Origin: Lytechinus pictus
Taxonomy: Eukaryota
Reading direction: 5' to 3'
Assembly (NCBI RefSeq): GCF_037042905.1
Contig: NC_087245.1
Span: 18,664,001 to 18,728,000 of the forward strand
Length of the DNA: 64,000 nt
A program made the position numbers and the translations under genes. The notes under the pieces were generated by a model that worked only from the letters and a program-made list of their open reading frames with translations, was not told the DNA's origin and searched no databases. Below are positions 49,594 to 61,460 of the stretch, piece after piece (within the stretch, counting starts at the first letter, position 1; each line of letters begins with the position of its first letter).

Positions 49594-52169
49594 TGGCCGA
49601 CCCCCTTTATCATGATGCTTTAGAAAGGGAATCATCATCCTACCACATGCGTTTGGAGGAATTAGAAGAAGTCAATGAAATTAACGTCCCACCCCACCCC
49701 TTCTATTTTTTAGGGGGCTGGGGAAACAGCACATCCTGGCGAAATAGCTGGTAATTCAAGTTATGTGGTCAGTCCGACTTGATTTTTAGGCTGAAAAAAA
49801 AAATAATAATTGGTATTATCGGTGCAAAAAAAATACGTCATGACCCTATTTTAAGCTGTCCTAATTTAAGATTTAAAATGCATGTTATTTGTAAAACTTC
49901 AGGCTAAAAAGTTCCCCCAATTCAAAGACATTTTGATCTTTTCTTTCAAATCAAATAATGAGCCCATATACCTTTTCCCAAATTATGTTGATTTATATCA
50001 CGAACCCCACATCCTCCACCATCTCTTTCTCCTCCCCCCTCTCCCTCTCTCTCCCTCCCTCCCCCTCTCTCTTTATCTTTGAACATATAAATAAGTAAAC
50101 GTGTAATTTGGGCGTTTATTTTGTTTGTTCAAATTATGCACAATAATCAATCGTATTGGAATTCCCATATCGTGGGGATTTCCAAAATCACTTATCAGAG
50201 GCTTTAGGTATTGCATGATGCTAATCATCAAAATGTATAAGCCCATGCAAGGACTTGCCATGCATTGAACAATCTCTTTATATTTCAAAAAATTATTAAT
50301 TTGAATGTAGCTCTTTGTTGTTTGTGATGGAAAACGTAAGTCCAATGCAGGAGCAATGATTGTTCAGATGCTAACACAGGAATTTCAGTTCTAATGTTTG
50401 ATGACAATGAGCCATTGCGCAACGTACATTCATTCCACCATAATCAAGGATCGGATATTTCGAAATGCTTTTATCGGAATATTGTCTTACACAAAGTCAT
50501 CGAGGGTAGATAAAAATAACAATCGTAGTGTCCTCTTCCACTTCCGACAATTTGTTTACAAAACGAAGTATGCGAGATGGCAAACACAAGAACATACTTT
50601 ATTTCTCAATATTTTTTAGGCAATACAATAGATGATTGCTGTCATTCCAACGATTTCCTTCACCCTTTTCCCTGCATTTTGAAATTTCATCCATTTTGCA
50701 TTATTTTATGAAATTCATAATTTTTTCCCAAGGCCAATCGCTTTATCTTTTATTTGCTGGTATATATTGCCGTTTATTATTTTCTTTTTAGATTGTAAGC
50801 AGAGAACCAATCGATCTTATCTTAATAAAAAAATTGATTAATTGGTTTGCGTAGAGAGAATGATGTAAAACTATCGAATCAATCGTTTCAAAATTTTAAT
50901 CATTTTTATGTATAAATTTCAAGTGCCCATATAATAAGGCATCTATTTAAACTTGAGTAAACTGTTTTTTCAGAGTAATTTTGCTTTCATGCTATATACT
51001 CTTTCGTAATCGATGCAAATAGTGATTTTTTAATCATTGTTTTTCCCCCTTTCTTGTCATTGTTAAAACGCATAATTACCAATATCAATTTACGGTATCT
51101 TTGAAGTTCGATATCTTAATATATGGGATATGGATTTATTGTATAATTTACAATCATGTTTCAAATAATTTGTACAACTTGTTCATGAAGTGTGAATGTG
51201 TATTTTGATTTGAGAGAATACAATATAAACATCCTTAAAAATCGAAATAACTCGAAAAAAGTAAAGGAGTGTGAAAAATATGAAAATAAGGAATAACGCG
51301 GGGTAAGGACGCGACGGGACGACGACATACGTTTTGTTGCTCGCCTTCCCGCCTTTCATTGCATCATGGATCACCGTCCCAATATAATCTTCATTTTGTC
51401 ACATATACCATGGACCTACCAAATATAGGTCTATAATACGCTCTGACTTGCATCTCTTCAACATCTCGTTCACTTGTGGTCCCAAAAATTTCAAAAGCTT
51501 TGGGGCAAGACCCTTTGGTCATGCATGCCCCCATACCGCATGGAACAGACCCCCCCCCCCCCCCCCTGCTGACATAAAAATAGTATCTCTATGGAGTCTT
51601 TCAAAAATGTTCTTAAAACCTTTCCCTTTTTTTAAATTTCTTTATGCGCCTTGAGCACTCTACAGAGTGGAAAGTTGGCGCTTTATAATACGTCACAAGT
51701 ATAGGCCTATTATTATTCGGGCCATAAAAAAGGGTCTCTTGATAGGCCTATTGTAAAAGAGGATGAACACAATTCTTTGGATTTATTTATAAAGGCCTAA
51801 AAATCAATAATTATAGGACTACAAATCTTCAGTTGACATTTAAAAATAAGGACCAATCTAGTTGTGATGGTCATACTAAATAAAGAAAACTGATCGCCAC
51901 ATTCCTAAAGACTTTACTTGATCGTTGATCATCCGACCGGTGGAACTTCCCCGCCGTGACATCATGGGGAATCCCCATAAACAAATAAGACTTTAGTCTG
52001 GTAGAAGAGACCCTATAGAGATAAATTCATCACTTTCATCACGACGATGGCTGTATAATAGCACTGTAGGCCTACACATCGGCGTATTAGTCTGAACAGG
52101 GATGCATTCTCCATGGTTGCTGGGAGGGCCTAAAGGCCTTTCCCCCAACATGGAATATATAGGTATTTT

Positions 52170-52500
52170 TTTAATAAAACAAATTAGAGATAAATCGATA
52201 GATAAATAAATAATTAAATAGACGAATAGATAAATTAATGAATAGATATATAAATAAATAGATAAATAAATAAGTAAATAAATAGATAAATGAATAAGTA
52301 AATAGATAGATAGATAAATAAATAAGTATAGAAATAAATGAATAAATAAACAAATGATGAGATAGGCCTAAATAAACAAGTAGATAAATGGACAAAATAG
52401 ATAAATGATATAAATTATATGAATTACAAGAATAAAAATAAAGATAAAATAAAATTGAATTCAATTGCTGATAAATGAATACAAAATAACGAATAAATTT
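52170..52500. repeat. (ATAA/ATAG)n low-complexity tract
   Basis: Direct inspection. Confidence 0.85.
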
Positions 52501-52718
52501 GTTTCCCTCTCGTCTCTCGATTTAGAAAACTATATTGCAACAAAGACACAAATGTAGCACTTCCAAATTCTCAGGATGAATTTACTTTCAATCGTCCCCT
52601 CAAGTTTTGCTACCTTATACGTCACTGCATATAGGCTTCTAAATCAGATCAGATGAATCGGAGAGAGAGAGAGAGGGGGTAGACAAGTAAAAAAAAAGTT
52701 TTTAGATCAAGACTACTA

Positions 52719-52884
52719 ATACCTTGGTCACATTTGCTCTACGGCGGCCGTACGGCGAGTCGAAACCAGCCGTTTTATTAATTTTAATACAAACAACCTA
52801 TATATATAGTTGGTACAAAAAATGTTAAAACGGCTGTTTTCGACTCGCCGTACGGCCGCCTTAGAGCAAATGTGACCAAGGTAT
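52719..52884. mobile_element. Fully palindromic MITE
   Basis: ATACCTTGGTCACATTTGCTCTA.GGCGGCCGTACGGCGAGTCGAAA and its reverse complement; centre tatatata. Confidence 0.9.
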
Positions 52885-55787
52885 CAGGCAAGAAATGGGC
52901 CTTTGTTGCAACGACGTAGCTGTATTGTTGTTGGTATATAAAAACAGCATTATTTTCTTCTTGGCTCACATTTTTCGCGCAAATCGTCATCGGCTTTGGG
53001 TTGCATGTTTAACCTTTTAATATCTATTTCTTTATTCTGCAAACTTTCCATCGAAGATCTCTTTTTTTCAATCATAGGTCGTCTTGTTTATTTATTATGA
53101 CAATAGGAGTTGTCAACAGAGGAGAAATTAATTTAATATTTTTTCAAGGTAAGCATGGTTCTACTTTGTCTCATCTTTTGTTGAGATTCTATCACATTTT
53201 GCATCATGAGTGTAACCAAGTTTATCCCCAGTTACTTTTTTGCCTTGGTGACATCCATGGACTGGTATATAGGCCGCTTAATAATACAAAAGTCTATTTG
53301 ATTTTACATTTTTCTTCAAAATGATCCAATACTTTAATTTTCAGGTATAAGACACCTTCATAGTTTGCTCCTTTTAGCCAATCTTTTCCCTTATTTTAAT
53401 ATGAAATGTATAGCCCCCCGTGCACTGGTAGGCCCTGTAAATTGCTTAAAATGAAATCAATCTTCATTATTGTAACCAATGTAACTGACTACAAACTGTT
53501 CGGTATATGACATTGTTATACCACCAAGGAAAGAATTCTTGGGAAGGGGGAGAGAACACAATGAAGGAAAGCATCATAAACACGTTAGTAATTCTTGTAT
53601 AATATTTCATGTGTAAGAAATAAAGAAACCTTCATTTAAAGTAGAAGAAATTAAATTGGCAGCATTAAGGGAAACACTGACTCTCCATTTTTTTTCTAAA
53701 TGGGAAAACCACATTATTAAATGAATCCAGATCAAGTCATACATTGGTTAAAAGGAAGGGAGGGAGGTCAGAATTGGTGAAAAGGGAACACAATTTATTT
53801 CAGGATAACCAGGGAGACCAGGCGCGAATCGGGGGGGGGGGGGTGGCAAGGTGTGGGCGCACCCCGTAACTTAGATAACTTTTTTTTTCCTGTCAAGTAT
53901 TTTGGGAGGCAAAATGGGCCTCATGTTAAATCGATGATAATAATATACTTTTTTGTGCTTGTCAAAATTTTTGGGACAAGACGCATCCCCTTAAACAAAA
54001 AAAAAAAAACTGGCTCCGCGGGAAACTCCAGTCTGCCTTGTGAAAAAAAGGCAACGGAAATGAATACCATTACGAATGAGAATATTAAATTACAATTGTT
54101 AACAATTCATTCATGATAACTAGACTAATTAATGTCTTAAAAATAATTGTACATCTCTAATGCATCTGTGTCATAAAGAATTTCTCAAATTTTAATGATT
54201 TATAATTATGATAATGTATTTGATTTATGAGTGAAAATCAAACCAAAAAAGTTAGAACAATAAAAAAAAAATAATAGCTTTGATCGGCAATGGTATTGCT
54301 TTTATGACCGTCACATGATTGTTGTGCACAACTTTGTTTCATTTTAATGAATAAATTCATTTTCGAAATTTTATTTGATTTATTATATAGGTCTACATTA
54401 TTTTTTAAAAGTGAATTATCTCTATGGAATGTCTGTTAATCTAAACTGCTACATTTTGCATTGTACTATCCTTTGTATGATTTGAACTGAATGAGTTAAA
54501 TAAATATTCCTACTTTTTACCAAAAAAAACGGCATAAGTTACTCTGCGTTATCGATTAGTATCCCCTTTCCCCGGCCCCTTCCAGCTCTCTGTACAAGTA
54601 TCAATTATAGTGCTGAATTCTAATCAGATCAAGGAGAAAAAATATCTTCCATCCCGTCTTCCATACACACGGGATACACAAACAAAAGTGAAACCCCATC
54701 GTCATTGTTATTTGGGTTAGATATTAGTAAAATAGATATATGTATCCCATAGAGATGGATAAAAGCCCCGATAAAAGCTTAATTAGAATACATCTATACC
54801 CCCCCCCCCCCGGATACCCCCCCCCCTTTTTTTTTTTCTTGCGCAGACTGACTTTTCGTAAACACAATTGCCTGTTTGTTGTGCGAATATGCATGCGCAT
54901 GCGGGGAGAGGGTGGGGAATCCCCACTGATAAGAGAGATCAGTGGGAATCCCCGGCAGTGAGGTGCCAATTTCTTCACAGACAAAGTCGTGAGAACTGAG
55001 ATGTGTTTGAATCTTGCGAAATGCGGTTTTATGTTTCATTTAATATTTGTAAGGTTTGCAAATACAAATAATCTACGTGTGATTAATTCAAGTATACAAT
55101 TATTATTCTAAAAAGTATATAACTAGCCTCAATCTCTGACCCCCATCTAACCCCGACCCTTACGGGGCCTTAGTTTAGCTCGGCCACTCTTTCCAAATCC
55201 TGGCGAGTGCGCCCGCGAAATCTGCCCACGTATTACACATGCAAACAAACCGAGCTAGCTCGATCTCGAGTGCGGATGGAAGCGCTGGTACGGTACTGCA
55301 CGCTCGTGTGAAGTTTTTCATGATCAAGACTAAAGAGGATCGATCTGGAAAGAGATTTTACAATTAACCTAGTCTGTATAGACTCCTGATTTCCTAGTAT
55401 TCATTTTCAGAGGAAGTATACTAGATGCCACAGTTTATCAATCAGTGCTCCTCCTTACCTGTCATTTATAAATATTATAATTTAGGTGCGTACCGTATGC
55501 TTTTCCAACTTAAAATTAAATTGCATGCCTGCTGCCTGGCTTTGCCCTTTTTGGTCGGATTTGATTTGCCTTTGGCTTTGTTTTTGGAAATGGAATGTTG
55601 GAGCTTTGGTTGGTCATAACATTGGAAGATCGATGAGTGGTCGGTCGTACTCTTAGTCTTGGGGACTTGGAGCTGGAAATGGAAGGCTGAAAATTTTGGG
55701 TTTTTTTTTAATCCAAATGAATAGACCCTGCTACTAAACTCTAAAGTACTAGTACTACTACTAGTACTAGTACTAGGCCTAACCCAG

Positions 55788-56239
55788 CAGTAGAGGCGCA
55801 CGGCCAATATGGGAGACTCTCTCCAATAGGGGAGACAATCTCCCACATTGGAGACTTGCTTTGCAAAAGGACAAAAGAAACAACACCAATAAAAGCATGA
55901 TTTTTTCCACCCAAAATTTTGTCTCACTGAGGTCACGTCAGAAGCCCATTTGTTTTGTGTGTGATTGACAACAAAAATCCTTATCAAAACAAAAGTAGAC
56001 GGTGAATTTTTAAAGTAGACAGTGAAAGGGGGTAATTTTTCATGAGGAATCTGCTTATCACATTTTTATTTGCCGCCAAGGTAATCCTTTTGCAGCAAAT
56101 GTAAACAAAGGAAATTGGTCTCCAAAACTGGAGACTGTCTCTGAAATTGGATACCCAAATTCTTTACAAAAGTCTCTGATATTGGAGATAATCTCCCACA
56201 TTGGAGACAGTCTCCAATATTGGCCGTGCGCCTCTACTG
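55788..56239. mobile_element. Unclassified MITE with 5-bp TSD
   Basis: Perfect 23-bp TIR CAGTAGAGGCGCACGGCCAATAT; TSD CCCAG (55783-55787, 56240-56244); subterminal GGAGAC..TCTCC arrays. Confidence 0.88.
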
Positions 56240-56768
56240 CCCAGAGAGCTCCCGCCCTTGAGCGGGCGGGAGCCCAGAAGCTTACCGTGTATTTGACCAT
56301 ATTCACCGCCCACCGGACTAGGGTGATTTATGGTCTAAATATTTCTCCAAATGAATTGTGAAAACAGAAAGTATACAATTACCACGATTATATGGATGAA
56401 GGTCTAACGAGTGGCAGTTTCCTGACATCTGGGCACAGACTGGAACCTCAAAAAAACGAAAAGTTCTCTCCTCTACCCCAGTCTCGATCGGCCATTTTGT
56501 TACGATTTTTAACAAAAATGGCCGATCGAAACGGGGGTAGAAGGAGATAACTTTTCGTTTTTTTGAGGTTCCAGTCTGTTCCCAGATGTCAGGAAACTGC
56601 CACTCGTTAGACCTTCATCCATATAATCGTGGTAACTGTATACTTTCTGTTTTCACAATTCATTTGGAGAAATATTTAGACCATAAATCACCCTAGTCCG
56701 GTGAATATGGTCAAATACACGGTAAGCTTCTGGGCTCCCGCCCGCTGCGCGGGCGGGAGCTCTCTGGG
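56240..56768. mobile_element. Foldback element with arms of about 260 bp and CCCAG...CTGGG termini (possibly EnSpm/CMC-like)
   Basis: Highly similar inverted arms separated by a very short spacer; GC hairpin at each end; further partial copy at about 56810-56925. Confidence 0.8.
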
Positions 56769-57951
56769 TTATACTAGGCCTAGATCTAGGTCCTTGCTAA
56801 CCGAAGCTCACTGTGCATTTACCCATACTCACTGGACTAGGGTAGATTGTGGTCAAAATATCTAGCAAAATAAATTGTGAAAACAGAAATTATGCACTTA
56901 CCACGATTATATGGATGAAGGTCTATACTACTAGTACTACTACTAGTCTAACCCAGGGAGCTCTCTGGGTTAGGTCCTTGCAAGCAATGTAACAAACTTT
57001 GATGAAATTGTGTCTTGTGAGTCAGTGTGAGCAAGTCTGACTATAATGATATTAAACTTGAGTTGTGAGATGAATAATTAAACCAAGCAAGATCTAGTTT
57101 TATGTTGGGGCTTGGCTACATGTCGCGAGAATGGTTTATTTTCAATTGGTCTAAATGCCAATTCGTCCAATTGCCAATTGTCCAGGCCTAGACCCTACTA
57201 ATCGTTTGGTCTACCATCAGTTCGTCCACTATCCACACGGTCTAATTGCCTCTTCGTCCACTCACCATTTCATCTATAACCAGTTGAAGTGGTCCAATCA
57301 TGGACCTACATGTATTACATATGGAAAGTCATCAGAAAGTTAATGAATTCACTAAATTGTGACTGTTGTGATCTGAATAGCCTGCTCTTCATATTTTTGT
57401 ACTTTCATCCTACTGTGTTCTGCCATCAATTAGGCCATGAGTTGAAAGAAGCAGTTCGTGATTAGACATTGATTTTGCACAAACTATATGTTCAGTATGC
57501 CTAATGCGCAGAAGATGATATCCAAAATAATTGATGTGCAGTTCTGGTTTACCTTTGGCAATCTTAGTTCCATGTGTTTTATTTTGGAAAATGTATGAAT
57601 ATTTAAAGGACAAGTCCACCCCAACAAAAAATTAATTTGAATAAAAAGAGAAAAATCCAACAAGCATAACACTGAAAATTTCATTGAATTTGGATGTAAA
57701 ATAGAAAGGTTATGACATTTTAAAGTTTCGCTTAATTTCACAAAACAGTTATATAAACATCCTGACTTGTATGCAAATGAGGAGACTATGACGTCATCCA
57801 CTCACTATTTCTTTTGTATTTTATTATATGAAATATGAAATATTCTAATTTCTCATTGTCAAGTGATACAACATGTGGAATTAGCATTGTTTTATACTAC
57901 ATGTATATGGTTCAGTCAAGTTGGTCCTTATTGTCAAATCTATAAAAAATG

Positions 57952-60900
57952 TTGTTGTTGTTGTTGTTCGTTGTGGGTCGTTTCCACACCCAAATGATCT
58001 CCTCGGTATACTCTCAGTGTGTTTGTCACAAGGTTGATGAGCTGCTAGGTACTATTTGCTTAGATACTGGTGCTAGAAGTTGGCATTGGTGCTTTTGATG
58101 AAGCGAGCCAAAGAAGATGCTATTATAGATTGCATTTGGGGTGACAATTTGGGGTTAGTCCCAAGGAGGGAAAAGAGGGATATATCTCGAAGATAGGAGG
58201 GGGTGCTTGTCCTTTGATATCCAACGTCAATGGATTGCATCATCTCCTCTCTATGCGACTTGTGGAGTGGGCAGTGAAGAAGGACATGTTCAATTGTCTG
58301 CCTGTCATGTTCACAGTCGCATGTGGGTGTAGGGCATACACGAGGGAGTACTCTGTGCATATGGTCTCTGAGCTTAGTCTGTCCAGTTAGCATCCTCATG
58401 ATCTTGACCTCTGTTGACCTATCATATTTACTAGAGGCTTTTTTTCTAGTGACATTTGGCTGAAGCTGATTGGTCCATCTACCCTTGGTGGTTATATTCC
58501 ATCGCCTTTGCCAGAGTCTTACAGTGTTCTTCTTGATGTTCTTGGTGATACTTGCATATGAAGTGGATGAAGAGGGAGGTGGAGCATTGCGTGCATGGTA
58601 AGCAGCCTCCTTTGCCAGTCTGTCTGCAATTACATTTCCATGAATTTCAGCATGTCCTGCAATCCAAGTTATAGTTACAGAACTTCCTCTATTGTGTAGA
58701 ATGGAAATGTTCTTGCTAGTATTTGAGACGATTTCAGGAAGTGAGGAAGGGTGTAGTGTGCTAGTCATGGCTTGGAGAGCACTTTGACAGTCAGTCAGGA
58801 TGTGGACTGTTTGGCCATGAAGGATTGGTCTCCGTGATGTGACCTGCTCAACAGCAATGTCAATGGCTGCCATTTCTCCATGAAAACTAGTGGAGTTACT
58901 CGATATTGGAACACTGAGGAGAGTAGGGTTACTGCTGAGTCCTGTCCAGTATATGACAACACCTGCACCACAAGGGCCGGGATTGTTCAGAGCAGAGCCA
59001 TCAGTAAAGATGACAGTGTCAGAGCAGATGTTCAGGAGAAAGTCAGTAGCAAGTTTATGAGCTTTATCCTTTTGCTCACTAGTTCTGCTGGCACTATTTC
59101 CTAATGATTCCCAGCCTATGCAGACTTCCATCATTCTGTGAAGGATGCTCACCACTGACTCTGTGGGTGGAGATCCTGGGCTATCCATGTCCAAGTTGAT
59201 GTTGAAGTCTTTTAGAGCTCTAATCATTAAACATAGAGGTGACAGTCTTGGTCCGAGCATGAAGTCAGGGTCAGACAGGAAACTTTGTACCATCATCTTG
59301 AAACTGTCATTATTCTCTTTACAAAGAATGTAGTAGCAGAGAGTTCTGGCCAAGATTTCTCGAAGTCTGATGTCAAGTGGCACAGTGTGGGAAACAACTT
59401 CAACAGCATCTGATGAGCAGTGCATGATGGTACCTGTGGCCATACGTAGAGCAAGATTCTGAACCCTTTCAAGGGCAGCGATCGATCTTACAGTGCACCA
59501 CACTGGGTATGCAAACTCTAAGTGTGGGCGTACACATGATGAGTACAGGAGGAGCATTAGTTCCATATTGGTGCCAGCTGTATGCGATGTGAGGAAAGAG
59601 ATCTTGCACAAGGCTTTCATAGCTCTGGAAGCTGCCTTTTCAACATGACCTCTGAAGCTGAGTTTCTCATCTAGGAAGACTCCCAGAAGTCTACATTGCT
59701 CTACTTGACTTAGGCAACGGTGATTCATCCTGACTGTTACATTCTGGTGACCGTTTTTAGAGAAACACATGATGTTGGTCTTAGATGTGTTGACAGAGAA
59801 TCGCCAGGTGTGGCACCACCGATCTAGCCTTTGTAGCTTGGCCTCTAAACTAGCAACTGCAGTGTGTAGATCATTGTCAGTTTCCCATAAGGTGATGTCA
59901 TCAGCATATTTCATGTGAGGACCTAGGTGAGGAGATACGTCACTAACGGCAATGATGAACAGAATCGGAGCGATAACTGATCCTTGCGGTACGCCTATCT
60001 TGGTCTCTTGCCAGTCTGAAGTGACAGAATTGACGAGGCATCTACAAAAACGATCAGTGAAGAAGCTAGAAATGTAAAGCAGCAATCTTCCACTGATGCC
60101 AGCTTTGGCAAGTTTGTAGAGTACAGCTTCCCGCCACACATTGTCGAAAGCACCCTCTAGGTCAATGAAAGCAGCGACTGTGCTTTTGTTCTGTTTGAAT
60201 CCCTTCAGGATGGGGACAGTCATACTAAGGAGAGCTTGAGTGATACCACGCCCCTTTAAATACGCAAACTGTTCAGGTTCGAAAAATCCTTGATCATGTA
60301 AGGCTGCAAGTAACCTTCTGGAGATGACTCTTTCGTACAGTTTGCCGACAACGGATGTGAGTCCGAGAGGACGGTATGATTTTTCAGTGTGATAGGACTG
60401 TTTACCAGGCTTTGGAATGAAGATTTTATTTTCTAGCTTCCAAAGTTTTGGTATCTTTCCCTTCTTCCAGCAGAGTTGGAACAGACAGTGTAGAAACCGC
60501 TTAATAGATGATCCAGCATTCTTGATCATCTTAGGATGGATTTGGTCTGGTCCTGGACTGCTGTTTGACTTCATTTGAGAGAAAGCTGCAAGTATTTCAC
60601 CATAAGACAAGTCTGAGTTGTAGGTTTTCACAGACGGGTCGACACCAGTACTGGCAGCCTGAGATTCATGCTCCAAAGTCGCATGAACTGATGAATTTAC
60701 CTCGTCAAACCAGTCATCATCGAATTTGCCTGGAGGAATGGTCCTAGTGATGTGAACAGACTTGAGCCTCTCAGCAATAACTGCATCACTAAAGTCATAG
60801 TCACCATCATCTCTTTCAAGAGGCTGAACAGGTGCAGAGATACCGCCATTTAGTAGCTTGTTAATCATTTTCCATGGATCCTCTCGATGTTCTTTCAGCT

Positions 60901-61460
60901 GCTCACATTTTGCCAGCTGCCACGCTTTGAAAGCTCTTTCATACTCGGACATGAAGTGAGCTACATGACTGTGAAGATTTTCCAAGTTTTGGGGAGTTCT
61001 CCTTGTCTTGTATTTCTTCTTGGCTTGTTTACATACCAGGAGAAGTTTGGTCATATCACCATTCCAGAAAGGTTTGCTGTGATGGCAGATCTTCTTACGC
61101 GGTATATGTGTTGAAGCTAAATCACTCAGTGTGACAGTAAAAATCTCACATGCTGTATCGGGGTCAGTGCATTCAATATCAATACTACTCAGTTTACCTG
61201 ACACCACCTTTTCCCAAGAGGTCCAGTCAACATCAGCAAATGACATACGACTTTTGGTATGGGCAAGGTTGGCACCAGATTTGAGACAAACTAGGATAGG
61301 ATAGTGGTCAGACCACACTGGGTTTTTCTTGTCAACTTGCCATGTTATCATGTTCGGATTGCATCTGGCAGAAAGAGTGAGATCAACTGCACTTAGTCTA
61401 TCATTGAAGTCTCTTGTAGGAGAGCCATTGTTATGAAGATGTAAACCATATTTCAACATG
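57952..61460 (-). mobile_element. 5'-truncated non-LTR retrotransposon with RNase H (I-group: I/Nimb/Ingi-like)
   Basis: (CAA)n 3' tail at 57952-57968; 10-bp TSD ATAAAAAATG (57942-57951, 61461-61470); ORF2 open. Confidence 0.92.
58073..61459 (-). CDS. LINE ORF2: partial APE endonuclease, reverse transcriptase, RNase H, Cys/His finger
   Basis: AVDLTL..WSDHYPI (endonuclease end), SSPGPDQI, YRPLGLTS, FIDLEGAFD, GVPQGSVIAPILF, YADD, FTDGS..GEMAAI..TDCQSAL..WIAGH..GNVIADRLAK, CDC..TIEHVLLHC. Confidence 0.93.
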   Translation of the reverse strand: MLKYGLHLHNNGSPTRDFNDRLSAVDLTLSARCNPNMITWQVDKKNPVWSDHYPILVCLKSGANLAHTKSRMSFADVDWTSWEKVVSGKLSSIDIECTDPDTACEIFTVTLSDLASTHIPRKKICHHSKPFWNGDMTKLLLVCKQAKKKYKTRRTPQNLENLHSHVAHFMSEYERAFKAWQLAKCEQLKEHREDPWKMINKLLNGGISAPVQPLERDDGDYDFSDAVIAERLKSVHITRTIPPGKFDDDWFDEVNSSVHATLEHESQAASTGVDPSVKTYNSDLSYGEILAAFSQMKSNSSPGPDQIHPKMIKNAGSSIKRFLHCLFQLCWKKGKIPKLWKLENKIFIPKPGKQSYHTEKSYRPLGLTSVVGKLYERVISRRLLAALHDQGFFEPEQFAYLKGRGITQALLSMTVPILKGFKQNKSTVAAFIDLEGAFDNVWREAVLYKLAKAGISGRLLLYISSFFTDRFCRCLVNSVTSDWQETKIGVPQGSVIAPILFIIAVSDVSPHLGPHMKYADDITLWETDNDLHTAVASLEAKLQRLDRWCHTWRFSVNTSKTNIMCFSKNGHQNVTVRMNHRCLSQVEQCRLLGVFLDEKLSFRGHVEKAASRAMKALCKISFLTSHTAGTNMELMLLLYSSCVRPHLEFAYPVWCTVRSIAALERVQNLALRMATGTIMHCSSDAVEVVSHTVPLDIRLREILARTLCYYILCKENNDSFKMMVQSFLSDPDFMLGPRLSPLCLMIRALKDFNINLDMDSPGSPPTESVVSILHRMMEVCIGWESLGNSASRTSEQKDKAHKLATDFLLNICSDTVIFTDGSALNNPGPCGAGVVIYWTGLSSNPTLLSVPISSNSTSFHGEMAAIDIAVEQVTSRRPILHGQTVHILTDCQSALQAMTSTLHPSSLPEIVSNTSKNISILHNRGSSVTITWIAGHAEIHGNVIADRLAKEAAYHARNAPPPSSSTSYASITKNIKKNTVRLWQRRWNITTKGRWTNQLQPNVTRKKASSKYDRSTEVKIMRMLTGQTKLRDHMHRVLPRVCPTPTCDCEHDRQTIEHVLLHCPLHKSHREEMMQSIDVGYQRTSTPSYLRDISLFSLLGTNPKLSPQMQSIIASSLARFIKSTNANF

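Noticed and set aside
52171..52464. Hydrophobic YLFI-repeat ORF
   Set aside because: Translation of an (ATAA/ATAG)n tract
55475..55987. 170-aa - strand ORF
   Set aside because: Spans a MITE boundary and a TACTAG microsatellite; no recognisable domain
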